The notes below the pieces were generated by a model, which searched no databases, was not told the DNA's origin, and saw nothing but the letters and a program-made list of their open reading frames with translations. From the NCBI GenBank assembly GCA_050043105.1, contig JBHJIV010000157.1, forward strand, positions 1,470-25,469: a DNA stretch of 24,000 bases. Reading direction: 5' to 3'. Below are positions 23,782-24,000 of the stretch, piece after piece. The stretch's first letter is position 1. Each line of letters begins with the position of its first letter. Origin of the DNA: Leptolyngbyaceae cyanobacterium. GTDB taxonomy: Bacteria > Cyanobacteriota > Cyanobacteriia > Phormidesmidales > Phormidesmidaceae. Position numbers and translations under genes: made by a program.

Positions 23782-24000
23782 GTGGAAACACCCATTGAAA
23801 CTACTCCAGATCTATCTGTTACGCTTCCCACCGAAGCTGGCGCATTGTTCGCTCCAAGCGGACCAGGCTATAATGAAGAATCCAGTGGCTACGCTTGGTG
23901 GGCGGGTAATGCCCGATTTATTACCCCTGAGCTCACGGGTCGATTCTTAGGGGCCCATGTTGCCCATGCTGGGCTGATCGCTCTATGGGCTGGCGGTATG
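23782..24000 (+). CDS. psbC2: Photosystem II CP43 apoprotein (PsbC), far-red paralog; 5' end only, continues past the window
   Basis: GTG at 23782, preceded by GAGGAGG (23766-23772). My translation is [73 protein letters not shown], which matches the CP43 N-terminus (..[13 protein letters not shown]...[21 protein letters not shown]). The frame is closed upstream by TAA at 23725-23727. Confidence 0.85.
   Translation, partial: METPIETTPDLSVTLPTEAGALFAPSGPGYNEESSGYAWWAGNARFITPELTGRFLGAHVAHAGLIALWAGGM

Noticed and set aside
1-24000. Search for CRISPR arrays, tRNA/rRNA genes, transposases/IS ends, integrases and toxin-antitoxin pairs
   Set aside because: I saw no spaced direct-repeat arrays and no cloverleaf-like or rRNA-like stretches. 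No ORF has transposase or integrase motifs. Coding density is accounted for by the genes listed.

Overview
This is a cyanobacterial chromosome segment; it carries 8 perfect HIP1 GCGATCGC sites. It holds the left ~22 kb of a far-red light photoacclimation (FaRLiP) gene cluster and its left border. Left flank: a partial MscS-family channel gene (1-825, -) and an N-terminally truncated GH37 trehalase remnant (989-2011, -). The cluster has four parts. (1) Minus strand: the regulators rfpB-rfpA-rfpC (7151->2129). (2) Minus strand: chlF-psaA2-psaB2-psaL2-psaI2-psaF2-psaJ2 (15102->7478). (3) An accessory module that I do not recall as part of the conserved FaRLiP core: a monocistronic psbV paralog (+, 15747-16271), convergent with a psbO-psbF-nblA operon (-, 17513->16332), the two sharing a perfect 23-bp-stem bidirectional terminator. 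The 44-aa psbF is absent from the ORF track and sits under a decoy 93-aa ORF. (4) Plus strand: an allophycocyanin/PSII operon (17880->window end) with an AP alpha-type gene, apcB2, a second AP alpha-type gene, apcE2 (two REP domains, bilin Cys replaced by Ser), a third AP alpha-type gene carrying two in-frame TAA codons (apparent pseudogene), psbD3, and the 5' end of psbC2. All identifications come from reading the translations against remembered canonical sequences and motifs. No database search was run. I found no tRNA/rRNA genes, CRISPR arrays or transposases.
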